NCBI GenBank assembly: GCA_003516025.1
Contig: CP023991.1
Span: 721,374-753,373 of the forward strand
From: Candidatus Saccharimonadota bacterium
GTDB taxonomy: Bacteria; Patescibacteriota; Saccharimonadia; Saccharimonadales; UBA4665
Reading direction: 5' to 3'
DNA length: 32,000 nt
Part shown: positions 16,275 to 24,567 of the stretch, piece by piece
Position numbering within the stretch: position 1 is the first letter of the stretch
How the letters are laid out: every line of letters begins with the position of its first letter
Program-made: the position numbers and the translations under genes
Notes under the pieces: model-generated
Told to the model about the DNA's origin: nothing
The model's database searches: none
Seen by the model: only the letters and a program-made list of their open reading frames with translations

Positions 16275-18349
16275 GCGGTAACCCCGCTGGCAGGCTTACC
16301 ATGTACAGGCAAGCTGATGATAAAGGTCGCGCCCTCGCCGGGTTTGCTGACAGCCGTAATGCTGCCGTTATGGCGGTCGACAATCTTTTTGCAAATCGCC
16401 AAGCCCACACCTGTACCCTCATACTCGCCGCGGCCGTGCAGGCGCTGAAAAATAGTAAAGATGCGGTCGAGATACTGTTCGTCAAAGCCAATGCCGTTAT
16501 CTGAGACCGACAGTGTGCAACAGCCGTTTTTGGTCTTGCTTTGGATGGTTATAACCGGTGGAACACCATCACGCGAGTACTTCATAGCGTTCGAGATGAG
16601 GTTTTGCAGAAGCAGCCGCAGTTGCAGCGGGTCGCCCTCTACCGTACACAACTTACCAAAGGTAATAGTCGCGCCGGTATCTTCTACCCGGGTCTGTAAA
16701 TCCTCCAAAGCTTCCGTTACCATTTGTGCCAGGCTTACGGATTCAAACGGACGGCCCTGCGTCGTCACGCGGGAATAGGTAAGTAAGTCACTGATAAGCG
16801 TACGCATGCGGGTGCTGGACTTTTGGAGTCCGTTTAAATAGACATGTGCTTCTTCGGGAAGCTGGTCCTTATAATCGGTTTCGAGCAAATTGGCAAAAGC
16901 GGCTATTTTCCGGAGTGGTTCCTGTAAGTCATGCGAGGCAACGTACGCGAAATCTTCCAGCTCGGAGTTGCTGCGGCCCAGCTCTTTATTGGCAGCCGTA
17001 AGTTCGGCCGTCCGGGATTCGACGCGTTTTTCGAGATCACGGTTCAGTTGCATAACTTCTTCTTCAGCCTGCTTTTGGGCCGTAATATCACGAATCTCCT
17101 CAACAAGACCAACGGTCACACCATCGCGAATTAATGGACTGGACATAATAGAAACAGCGTACATACTGCCGTCAGGGCGGGTGAAGTAGTCTTCGGAAGG
17201 CAGCAGTTGCTGACCGCGGAGCGCTTTAGACGTCGGACATTCACTGATTGGATACGGTGAACCGTCTTTATGTTGATGATGAATGATCTCATGCAGTGGT
17301 TTATTTGCTTCTTGAATCTCGTCCAGGGTGTAGCCGGTTATAGCCTCGGCAGCCGGGTTCATATAACTGCAGTGATGATGCTCGTCCATGATCATCAGGC
17401 CCGTGGTAGCGTTGTCCGTGATAGTAGCGTTGAGGCTTGCCATTTCCTGAACCTGCTGCCGGGCGGTTACCTGAGCTGTGACGTCAACGGCGTGTACTAA
17501 AATGCCATCAACTTTGCCGTGCTCATCAAACGAGGGCTGATATACAAAATTCAGATAACGGGTTTCCAATGTTTCGTCGCCGCGGTCAAGATCGATTTTG
17601 ACCTCATTGCCATAGAATGGCTCGCCGCTTTGGTACACGTTATCAAGAATTTCAATAAAACCCTGACCAATCACTTCAGGTAGCGCGTCGCGGACCGATT
17701 TGCCCAGCAATGAGCGCTTGCTACCGACGAGTTCAAGATATAGCGGATTCGCCAGTTCGAACACATGATTCGATCCGCGTAAAATGGCAATACTGGCTGG
17801 AGCCTGCATAAACACCGCGTGTAATCGCTCGCGCTCAGCCCGCAGTGCCGCTTCAGCTTCCTGTTGTTTACGCTCAGCCAGTACACGCTGGGTTGTCTCC
17901 AACACAATAGCCATAACGCCGCCAGGTTTGCCTGATTCATCAATGATCGGGCTGTAGGTCAGGTCCATAGACACATCTTCGGCCACATTGTTACGGTATA
18001 AGGTCAAGTGCTGATCCTTATATTCGAGCACTCTGCCGCGTCTGTAGCACTGCTCCATAACATTGCTGTTGAATTCAGCCACTTCCGGCCAACCTTCAAC
18101 CACCTGCGAACCAAGGAGTTCAGGGTGCCGTTTACCGGCAAAGGCAGAGTAGGCGTCGTTATACAGCATTATGCCGTTGTCGCCCCATAACATGACGATA
18201 GGGACAGGTGATTGCAACACAATATTAGCGCTCGTCAGTAAACTTTGCGGCCACTCAGTGACCGGACCAAGGCTATCGGTCCAATCTTTCGCCCGTATTA
18301 GCTTCGCCGTCTCTGACACACCAACTATAATAGTATCGATTGCCCGCAT
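16271..18349 (-). CDS. Multi-PAS sensor histidine kinase
   Basis: Several PAS-like modules, a coiled linker, the H-box ASHDLQEPLRKI and an HATPase_c domain (NLISNAMKY, DNGIGF, GTGVGLAICKKIV). Confidence 0.85.
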   Translation of the reverse strand: MRAIDTIIVGVSETAKLIRAKDWTDSLGPVTEWPQSLLTSANIVLQSPVPIVMLWGDNGIMLYNDAYSAFAGKRHPELLGSQVVEGWPEVAEFNSNVMEQCYRRGRVLEYKDQHLTLYRNNVAEDVSMDLTYSPIIDESGKPGGVMAIVLETTQRVLAERKQQEAEAALRAERERLHAVFMQAPASIAILRGSNHVFELANPLYLELVGSKRSLLGKSVRDALPEVIGQGFIEILDNVYQSGEPFYGNEVKIDLDRGDETLETRYLNFVYQPSFDEHGKVDGILVHAVDVTAQVTARQQVQEMASLNATITDNATTGLMIMDEHHHCSYMNPAAEAITGYTLDEIQEANKPLHEIIHHQHKDGSPYPISECPTSKALRGQQLLPSEDYFTRPDGSMYAVSIMSSPLIRDGVTVGLVEEIRDITAQKQAEEEVMQLNRDLEKRVESRTAELTAANKELGRSNSELEDFAYVASHDLQEPLRKIAAFANLLETDYKDQLPEEAHVYLNGLQKSSTRMRTLISDLLTYSRVTTQGRPFESVSLAQMVTEALEDLQTRVEDTGATITFGKLCTVEGDPLQLRLLLQNLISNAMKYSRDGVPPVITIQSKTKNGCCTLSVSDNGIGFDEQYLDRIFTIFQRLHGRGEYEGTGVGLAICKKIVDRHNGSITAVSKPGEGATFIISLPVHGKPASGVTA

Positions 18350-18457
18350 GAACGTCGTCCGCCTCTCCGTTGGTTTATTTTCCCAAATACTACCCCTATT
18401 TTTTCAAACACTGGTGCTATATGCAAGTTTCATCAATTAACCGGCTGGATAGCAGAT

Positions 18458-19159
18458 TCAAGGCAGGATACGGACACGGTCCTGCCAACCCGTGGTACTG
18501 CTGTACGTACAGACATCGATAGCCGCGTTAGGCACCTTATTGAGGTACCATTGGCTGCTGGCGGGATTATGGTCGTCGGGGCCTTCGGTAGCATCGCGGT
18601 TGAGTATAGCCAGCGTACCATCCCGGCCTTTGTGCAGAAGCAGTTTCAGCATTCCCAATGTTCCACCACTACTGACGACTAATAGCTGGCGGCTGGAGAC
18701 CTGTTCAGCTAGTTCCGTATAATACGGTGCCAGACGGGTACGCACGTTATACCAGGTTTCATGTGCTACGCCGGACTTTAAGGGCAGGGTAGCATCATAA
18801 TCTCCTATACCCAGGCCTTTCGTAACCCAGCGCTCGGCAAGAACTTCACGTTTTTCAATCAGAGCCGGATGAATATCGTACTCGGCTAATGTGTCCACCA
18901 GTATGCCGCACGATATTTCCTGGCGGGGCAGGGGTCCGTGATGAATCACCAGAGGCCGTTCATCAAGCATTAGAACACCATTGCCGATCAGCTTAGCCAG
19001 GTTACGTGCCGCCGAGCTTACCTGATTCTTGCCGAGATCAGTTATCGGGTCATGTTCGTCCTGATGATGCCCGTGAACATTAGCGTTCGTCTGCCCATGA
19101 CGCATTAGAAGCAGATCTGGTACAAGCGGAGTCTCAGTTGATGGTAATTCTAAACGCAT
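18458..19159 (-). CDS. Histidine phosphatase (phosphoglycerate mutase-like) family protein
   Basis: LLLMRHGQTNAN carries the RHG catalytic motif. The product is 233 aa. The start lies 3 nt downstream of the preceding gene's stop. Confidence 0.7.
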   Translation of the reverse strand: MRLELPSTETPLVPDLLLMRHGQTNANVHGHHQDEHDPITDLGKNQVSSAARNLAKLIGNGVLMLDERPLVIHHGPLPRQEISCGILVDTLAEYDIHPALIEKREVLAERWVTKGLGIGDYDATLPLKSGVAHETWYNVRTRLAPYYTELAEQVSSRQLLVVSSGGTLGMLKLLLHKGRDGTLAILNRDATEGPDDHNPASSQWYLNKVPNAAIDVCTYSSTTGWQDRVRILP

Positions 19160-19162
19160 ACC

Positions 19163-20125
19163 TTACGTGTACAACGCCTCTACCGAAAATTCCAGGTATC
19201 GGTTGAGTATAGCCTGCGTTTCATCGTGGGAATAAACGACTGGCTTACCGAGTTCCCGCGTATCTTTCATCCAGTTGGCGGCGTCCATCAGGTAGCCAAC
19301 CAGTTTAATGCCGAACAGGCTTAAAAACGCGCCCTTAAGATCTTCGCCGGCAGCTATTTCCATATAGCGCTGCAACATAGCGCGGGCAACGGCAGGCCGC
19401 TTTACGTCAAGCCACAGGCGTAAATAATCATAGACAACGTCGAAGTGCCGGCGGCCGCGCAGGTTAAGGTACTCCAGATCAATGACGCCAAGTTGGTATT
19501 CCGGCAAGACAAACATCTCCCACGGTTCGAGGTCGTACAATTCCACGCCGTATTTGACTTCTTTCAGGTGCTTGCGGACGTAAGCGATAATTGTTTCCGC
19601 CTGGCGTTTGTCCAGGAAGTTACCTTCAACCGCGACGCGGGCGTGGCGCTCAAGTTCGGCGATAGCATCATGATAATTCTTTGTCGGCTCACCCTGGACA
19701 TCGACGTAGGGATTTTTACCGAGCATAACCTGTGGCGTGTAAACTGACGTTTCATAAATAAACGGCGCGTACAGGTCGCGGGCAATTCGGATATCATACT
19801 CCAGGCTACGAACGGGCCTACGCTCATACAGTTTGTCACCATCGAACTTTTCGGCGATGTACCAGTCGTCACCATAACTATAGATCTTTCGTACCCGAAA
19901 AACGCTCTCAATATTGTACGAGCGGACAGTCTCCAGATAAAAGCTGCTGCGGACATCGTGGTAGAGCATACCTGCCAGCTCTGGGTCGTTGCACTTTTTC
20001 AAAATTCGCTCTTCACCGTCCTGCTCAATTATGCTGACCTTATAGCGATGGTTGTCCTGTATCGTCTTGATAAACGTATAGTGCGGAATTTCATTATGCG
20101 TCTCTAGCGGAGTCATACCGGTCAT
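19163..20125 (-). CDS. Kinase-like phosphotransferase (APH/choline-kinase fold), divergent
   Basis: YKVSIIEQDGEERILKK (beta3 Lys-like) and WYIAEKFDG (hinge-like). ELYDLEPWEMFVL ... VIDLEYLN resembles the HGDLxxxN ... IDxE layout, but the His and Asn are substituted. Confidence 0.4.
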   Translation of the reverse strand: MTGMTPLETHNEIPHYTFIKTIQDNHRYKVSIIEQDGEERILKKCNDPELAGMLYHDVRSSFYLETVRSYNIESVFRVRKIYSYGDDWYIAEKFDGDKLYERRPVRSLEYDIRIARDLYAPFIYETSVYTPQVMLGKNPYVDVQGEPTKNYHDAIAELERHARVAVEGNFLDKRQAETIIAYVRKHLKEVKYGVELYDLEPWEMFVLPEYQLGVIDLEYLNLRGRRHFDVVYDYLRLWLDVKRPAVARAMLQRYMEIAAGEDLKGAFLSLFGIKLVGYLMDAANWMKDTRELGKPVVYSHDETQAILNRYLEFSVEALYT

Positions 20126-20190
20126 AATAGTCGGCCCCTGGATACTAAGCAGTTAAATAGTTTACATAACCGTGCTGCTGGCAGCGCTAG

Positions 20191-21843
20191 CTAAAAATGA
20201 AAGAATGTCATGAAAGGGTAGGTGCCATAGATTTCCCGGGCACTGACGGATACCAGACTGCGCAGTTCTTCGGGCGTCATACGGCGTGATTCAGCCAGCC
20301 GTTGCCGCCAGTTAGATTCTACGTTGTCGGCGATAGAACGCATAAGATCCAGGGATTTGGGATCGGCGATAGCCAAACGGGCTACTTTGGGAGCCAACAG
20401 CGTTCGTTTATGCTCGGCGAGCCGGTCGGCATACGAGGGGTCAAGCTCACTCAAACGGTTGAAACTGCCAGTTGTACGTACCAGCGGATCGATACGGCGG
20501 TATTTGAAGGGAGGCTGTGGAAAATCAAGGCACATGCTGTTCCTGGTAGTTTCGGCTTGATCAGCGTCTAAAATCGCGAAACCGGAAGGCAGAGTAGCAG
20601 GATATTCGTCCCTAAACGAGCCAAAATCATCATGTTCCAGCGGTTTATAAGTACCTGACCGCGCGACTTCAGCATAGGCTTGTCCGTCCGTATATTGCTG
20701 CATGTAGTGGTAAATTCGCTGCTCACGGCCGGGCCAAACGTATTGCCGGCGATATTTAGCGATGCTGCTCATTATGGCTTGCAGAGTGTGGCCGCCGAGA
20801 TCTGGCATAGCATAGGTCTGCTCTTGTGCCGGATCGGTCACATACATCAGGTCACGGGGATGAATCTCGTGCAACGGAACAAGCCCTAATTTTGGCAGCG
20901 GCTCAAATACCCAGGTGCGCGGCGCCCGGCCTTCACCATAAAACAGCTTGGTACGCAGTATGAGCATATCCAGCATAAAGCGGTGTGTCGGCTCAGACCA
21001 ATGCTCCTGGGACAACAACAGAAAGCCCTCGGCGAAAATTCGGGCACGCCGCTGATCAGTCATGGCCAGCATACCATCGGGAGTGATAGTAAAATCTTCA
21101 GCCGAGAATGCCTGTTCGCGTACTGCGCTGTTCCAGCGGTTCATTTCGCGCAGGCCATAATCCACCCGATCAACGCACAAATCAGGCGTATCGGCCTCTA
21201 CCCAATCCTGTACGTCGGGAAAAATGACTTCTTCGGGCTGAAAGCCGTGCTTGCGCAGGATATCATTGATACCAACCGTTTCCAGGTAATCCTTGAGCTC
21301 AAGGTCATGCTGATTTTCGGCACCGCCAACGCCTTGAAACATCCAATCACCCAAGTGCGATCCATACGTGTGAGCCACGTCCGAAACCAGCGTACGCAGT
21401 TGCAGACGCACGGCGTCCTTGCCGGTTATACTATGTTTTTCGGCCATTTGCCGCACGAATAGTACGCTGCCCCAAATATGCTCAAACCGCGAGAACGCGC
21501 CGGTATTGGGCACGGTGGTGTACTGCGGCGGCAGTGTGAGCTGTTCTATGGCCTGCAGCCGGCGGATGGCGTCGTTATAAAATATTTCCTGCAGAACCCG
21601 GTCTTCCGGCTTATCAAAGACCCGCAAACGATCAGGCATACCGTTTTGCCAGACCCGGTCGGTAACGACCGCTGTCTCCAAGTCGCAATTAGGCATCCAA
21701 AGCATAGGGTAATTGAACATGTTTCCCTCTGCCCAAGTGCTGCCAGGTAACTCGGGCGAACCAAACTGAGCGCCGCCAAAACCATGCAGTTCCGCTTCGG
21801 CTGATGGATCATTAAAAGCTGGCAGGGGCCTCTCGTTTTTCAT
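20191..21843 (-). CDS. HD-superfamily phosphohydrolase, SAMHD1/dGTPase-like (COG1078-type layout) with an SD in place of the HD dyad
   Basis: AIRRLQAIEQL, FSRFEHIWGS (cf. SRFEHSLGV), LVSDVAHTYGSH (cf. LLHDIGHGPFSH) and CVDRVDYGLRE (cf. DxDRxDYLxRD). Confidence 0.6.
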   Translation of the reverse strand: MKNERPLPAFNDPSAEAELHGFGGAQFGSPELPGSTWAEGNMFNYPMLWMPNCDLETAVVTDRVWQNGMPDRLRVFDKPEDRVLQEIFYNDAIRRLQAIEQLTLPPQYTTVPNTGAFSRFEHIWGSVLFVRQMAEKHSITGKDAVRLQLRTLVSDVAHTYGSHLGDWMFQGVGGAENQHDLELKDYLETVGINDILRKHGFQPEEVIFPDVQDWVEADTPDLCVDRVDYGLREMNRWNSAVREQAFSAEDFTITPDGMLAMTDQRRARIFAEGFLLLSQEHWSEPTHRFMLDMLILRTKLFYGEGRAPRTWVFEPLPKLGLVPLHEIHPRDLMYVTDPAQEQTYAMPDLGGHTLQAIMSSIAKYRRQYVWPGREQRIYHYMQQYTDGQAYAEVARSGTYKPLEHDDFGSFRDEYPATLPSGFAILDADQAETTRNSMCLDFPQPPFKYRRIDPLVRTTGSFNRLSELDPSYADRLAEHKRTLLAPKVARLAIADPKSLDLMRSIADNVESNWRQRLAESRRMTPEELRSLVSVSAREIYGTYPFMTFFHF

Positions 21844-21899
21844 CTACCATAATCATCTCGTGTAACGCAGGTGTCTGCAAGCGTGAGCATAATTTCGTG

Positions 21900-23261
21900 T
21901 TATACGGAGTGCGTTGCCGCGTAGCCACTGTTCCATGCGTCAGTAAAGCGAGCGAGGCCGTTCGGTTCACCGGTTTGCCGGTTGACGCCGTTCACCAGCC
22001 GGCGCATTTCGAACATGTCATAACCGTTGGCCATAGCCTGTCTAATAAGGGCTTCCCGGCGGGTTATAAACCAGACCGCAATCCTGGCGGCATTCGCAGG
22101 TTCCAGAGCCAGGTCAGGGTTACTTACGACGTCGATACCGAGTTCATCACGGACGGCGACATAATTACTTTCAAGTGTCAGCTGTATGTAGCCCCGTCCG
22201 TAATATGGCGCGTACCAGGCGTCCTCGCCGTAATATTCACCAATAGGACAGGCGCAGCCGACTTCCGCCGCCAAGTTCGCGAACAGGTACAGTGTCATAT
22301 CGCCATCATCTATGCCTTTGGCGCTAAGCTCCTGCATGACCAGCGTATACATCTGTTCGACATCCTGGCTTTCCGCATGGGGGAACATCTGCCGAACGGC
22401 ATCAAGCGTTAGGGAAGTAACGGTTTCGGCCACCGGTGGAGCGACTTCAGGAGCAGGTTGCGCCTCTGTAACCGGCGCGACTGCTTCAACCGTTGGGCCA
22501 GGGGCGGTCAAAGGTACGGTATAAGCTCCCGCCTCAACATATGTTTGTACTACCGTCGCCGGTTCAATATTATGATTCTTATAAAAGTGATTCGTGGCCG
22601 TGGCCCCTAACGGGAAGTAGCCGCTGTCCCGGGCAATCATACCGCCATCTTCCACCGCCAGGCGGCTATTGGCTGCAACGATCTTGTCACGTAGCGGCTC
22701 ATTGCTATCAAGATAGTCTCCAAGGTTATAGGGCGGCAAGGTATAAACCAGCTCCGGGTCGGGTGTTTCGGCAGTTTTCACTACCGTTTCCGCCGCCAGT
22801 ACGCTTTCGGTTGGTATGCCCGTAAGTTGCGGGTTCCAGGCGTCAATCTGTTCGATGGTCACTTCATGTATGCCGGCAATCGACGACTTTGTTTGGCCAT
22901 CCATGACAAAGCTGTAACCGGAGATGACCGGCGCGGGGACGTTCCAGCACAGTCCGTCTTTCGAAGTTTCCGCGACGTCATTACGGCCTGGATTGGCGGC
23001 AGCAATGAGTGGCTCGGTAATGGTGTACCCACGTTCTGCCGACCATGCTTCCGCGAGATCACTCAGGTTCTTCGGATCGCTCGGCTTGCGGTTAATAACC
23101 AGCTGGTGCTCAAGGTCCGTACAACCATCGGCCGCCGTACCCATTTCTGATGGCATATGCAAATACCCACCCACAATAAGAACACCCGCCGTTACGGCAG
23201 CCAGGCTATCTCTGTGTTCACGCGCGAACGACGCAAATGACAACTCAGTTGATGGGCTCAT
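21900..23261 (-). CDS. Glycoside hydrolase family 19-like cell-wall hydrolase with weak N-terminal anchor
   Basis: The C-terminal YYGRGYIQLTLESNY and NPDLALEPANAARIAVWFI fit the GH19 signature region. The N-terminus is LAAVTAGVLIVGGYL. The start is set to ATG 23261 (AAGGA RBS 6 nt upstream). The track's extension to 23528 runs into the neighbouring high-GC islet and its hairpin. Confidence 0.6.
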   Translation of the reverse strand: MSPSTELSFASFAREHRDSLAAVTAGVLIVGGYLHMPSEMGTAADGCTDLEHQLVINRKPSDPKNLSDLAEAWSAERGYTITEPLIAAANPGRNDVAETSKDGLCWNVPAPVISGYSFVMDGQTKSSIAGIHEVTIEQIDAWNPQLTGIPTESVLAAETVVKTAETPDPELVYTLPPYNLGDYLDSNEPLRDKIVAANSRLAVEDGGMIARDSGYFPLGATATNHFYKNHNIEPATVVQTYVEAGAYTVPLTAPGPTVEAVAPVTEAQPAPEVAPPVAETVTSLTLDAVRQMFPHAESQDVEQMYTLVMQELSAKGIDDGDMTLYLFANLAAEVGCACPIGEYYGEDAWYAPYYGRGYIQLTLESNYVAVRDELGIDVVSNPDLALEPANAARIAVWFITRREALIRQAMANGYDMFEMRRLVNGVNRQTGEPNGLARFTDAWNSGYAATHSV

Positions 23262-23380
23262 AGTATCCTTTATATAACTTGTATTACATGCGATCAGTCG
23301 ACGTGGCCAGCAATAGACGTATTGTTGAACATGCTGAATGATGGAAGAAGTAGCGCACACGCCTTGGAAAGGGCCCGGGT

Positions 23381-23425
23381 GGGCGGCTGCGCGCAAACGC
23401 CAATTGGCTATGCGCGCAGCCGCCC
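23381..23425 (-). terminator. GC-rich hairpin downstream of the 137-aa membrane gene (terminator-like, no U-tract)
   Basis: Perfect 14-bp stem GGGCGGCTGCGCGC (23381-23394) / GCGCGCAGCCGCCC (23412-23425) with a 17-nt loop. It begins 21 nt downstream of the stop at 23446. Confidence 0.45.
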
Positions 23426-23445
23426 CGGGTGTTGCCGGAGATCTG

Positions 23446-23859
23446 TCAGACTGCGACAGGATCGGAATGATCCGAACGTTCCGACCGCTTCGGCCGCTTG
23501 AGCTGACCTCCGATGAAAACCAGGACACCGTAGACCATGATGGCCTCGTGCCGGGTCTCGAGCGCGTAGTACGGCGCGGAGATCAGGGTAGCGGCGGCGA
23601 TGATGCCGACGAAGGACGCGACGAGCGCGATGACGTTCAGCTGGCCGGCGGCCGACTGACGGTTCTTCTTGATCCCCCACATGAAGAGGAGGAGGAAGAG
23701 GAAGCCGGTAGCCAGAGAGGCGATGACCTGCAGCAGGAGCTGCGAGTCAGGCTTGAGGCTGCCCGTCTCGACGTAAGCGAACGCGAAGACGACGACGATC
23801 ACCATGACAGCGATCGAACGGATGTCGATGGAGTTGAAAGAACGACGGAGGAAGGACAT
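23446..23859 (-). CDS. Small integral membrane protein (137 aa, about 4 TM, charged C-terminus), high-GC foreign gene, holin-like
   Basis: MSFLRRSFNSIDIRSIAVMVIVVVFAFAYV... has four hydrophobic spans and a KRPKRSERSDHSD tail. The start is set at the internal ATG 23859, which has a GGAAAGG RBS. Extreme GC3. Confidence 0.6.
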   Translation of the reverse strand: MSFLRRSFNSIDIRSIAVMVIVVVFAFAYVETGSLKPDSQLLLQVIASLATGFLFLLLFMWGIKKNRQSAAGQLNVIALVASFVGIIAAATLISAPYYALETRHEAIMVYGVLVFIGGQLKRPKRSERSDHSDPVAV

Positions 23860-23915
23860 GGTCCTACCTTTCCATGAGGTGTGCGCTGGATGAATGCGGG
23901 TGCATTCAAAGATAC

Positions 23916-23944
23916 ACTTTAACATAAGCTTTACTTTTTGTCAA
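23916..23944 (-). promoter_or_regulatory. Host-type promoter for 23446-23859
   Basis: On the minus strand, TTGACA (23939-23944), a 17-nt spacer, then TAAAGT (23916-23921). It is embedded in AT-rich DNA abutting the high-GC ORF. The leader contains a GAATGC-ACCC-GCATTC hairpin. Confidence 0.45.
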
Positions 23945-24088
23945 TATGTATATGTTTATTAACACTTTCGGCGGATACACTAAAAGACCTTCTATAGAAG
24001 GCAGCCATAGTTATCGCAGTACTACTTTCGTCCTCTTGGACTCATCAGTACGACCGCCCAGTCGTAGAGTAGAAAAATGAGAAAGGGA

Positions 24089-24156
24089 GTGCCAGGCACG
24101 GAGCAGGGGGGGGTAGGTCACGATGATCGTGACATACTTTGCTCCGTGCCCGGCAC
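24089..24156. other. Nested GC-rich hairpin downstream of the 70-aa gene
   Basis: The outer 16-bp stem GTGCCAGGCACGGAGC (24089-24104) / GCTCCGTGCCCGGCAC (24141-24156) has one mismatch. It encloses the near-perfect palindrome GTCACGATGATCGTGAC (24117-24133). Confidence 0.4.
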
Positions 24157-24227
24157 TACAACCTCTCTCCCTGGTCAGTATTAAAAAACGATCCTGCCAG
24201 GACCAGCGTTCCTGCCCATACGGGCGA

Positions 24228-24440
24228 CTACTTGCGCCGACGGTTCCGCACACCCCGGAAGGCGAGGATGAAGAAGCCGATGAACGGCACCAGCAGCACG
24301 ATGGTGAACACCAGCACCAGGATCGACTCCCAGTAGTGGCCATCGTCCCAGTAGTCGTCGAACGCCGTGAGGACCGCGAAGATCCGGCCGACGAAGTCGA
24401 CGATCGGACCAACGATCTCCAGGCTTGTGCCAGTACCCAT
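24228..24440 (-). CDS. Small membrane protein (70 aa, 2 hydrophobic segments, RNRRRK tail), high-GC foreign gene, holin-like
   Basis: MGTGTSLEIVGPIVDFVGRIFAVLTAFDDYWDDGHYWESILVLVFTIVLLVPFIGFFILAFRGVRNRRRK. The start is ATG 24440, with a GGGGGAGAG RBS 6 nt upstream. Extreme GC3. Confidence 0.55.
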   Translation of the reverse strand: MGTGTSLEIVGPIVDFVGRIFAVLTAFDDYWDDGHYWESILVLVFTIVLLVPFIGFFILAFRGVRNRRRK

Positions 24441-24479
24441 ATGTATCTCTCCCCCAGTTGGGTGGATCAGGACCAGAGT

Positions 24480-24508
24480 ATAATACAATATTATTAATTG
24501 TTTTGCAA
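24480..24508 (-). promoter_or_regulatory. Host-type promoter for 24228-24440
   Basis: On the minus strand, TTGCAA (24503-24508), a 17-nt spacer, then TATTAT (24480-24485). Confidence 0.5.
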
Positions 24509-24511
24509 TGA

Positions 24512-24519
24512 TGTGGCTT
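24512..24519. repeat. Target-site duplication, left copy (TGTGGCTT)
   Basis: An 8-bp direct repeat immediately outside IRL. It is identical to 26553-26560. Confidence 0.8.
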
Positions 24520-24531
24520 GGCAATTATACC

Positions 24532-24560
24532 TTGACAACAAGTAAGTAGTACCGTATACT
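24532..24560 (+). promoter_or_regulatory. Transposase promoter inside IRL, leaderless layout
   Basis: TTGACA (24532-24537), a 17-nt spacer, TATACT (24555-24560), then 7 nt to ATG 24568. Confidence 0.6.
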
Positions 24561-24567
24561 GTTAAGT

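Noticed and set aside
23262-23528. An 89-aa N-terminal extension of the GH19 ORF, which the track starts at 23528.
   Set aside because: The extension reads through the 14-bp GC hairpin and the tail of the neighbouring islet, and it has no protein-like features. The internal ATG 23261 has an AAGGA RBS and yields a sensible N-terminal anchor.
23338-24497. ORFs 23338-23877 (+), 23408-23680 (-), 24011-24412 (-), 24123-24497 (+) and 24139-24336 (+) overlapping the small membrane genes.
   Set aside because: These are shadow frames of high-GC DNA (poly-E/D/R or S/R-rich products) with no RBS or promoter. The minus-strand membrane ORFs have RBSs, promoters and coherent TM patterns.
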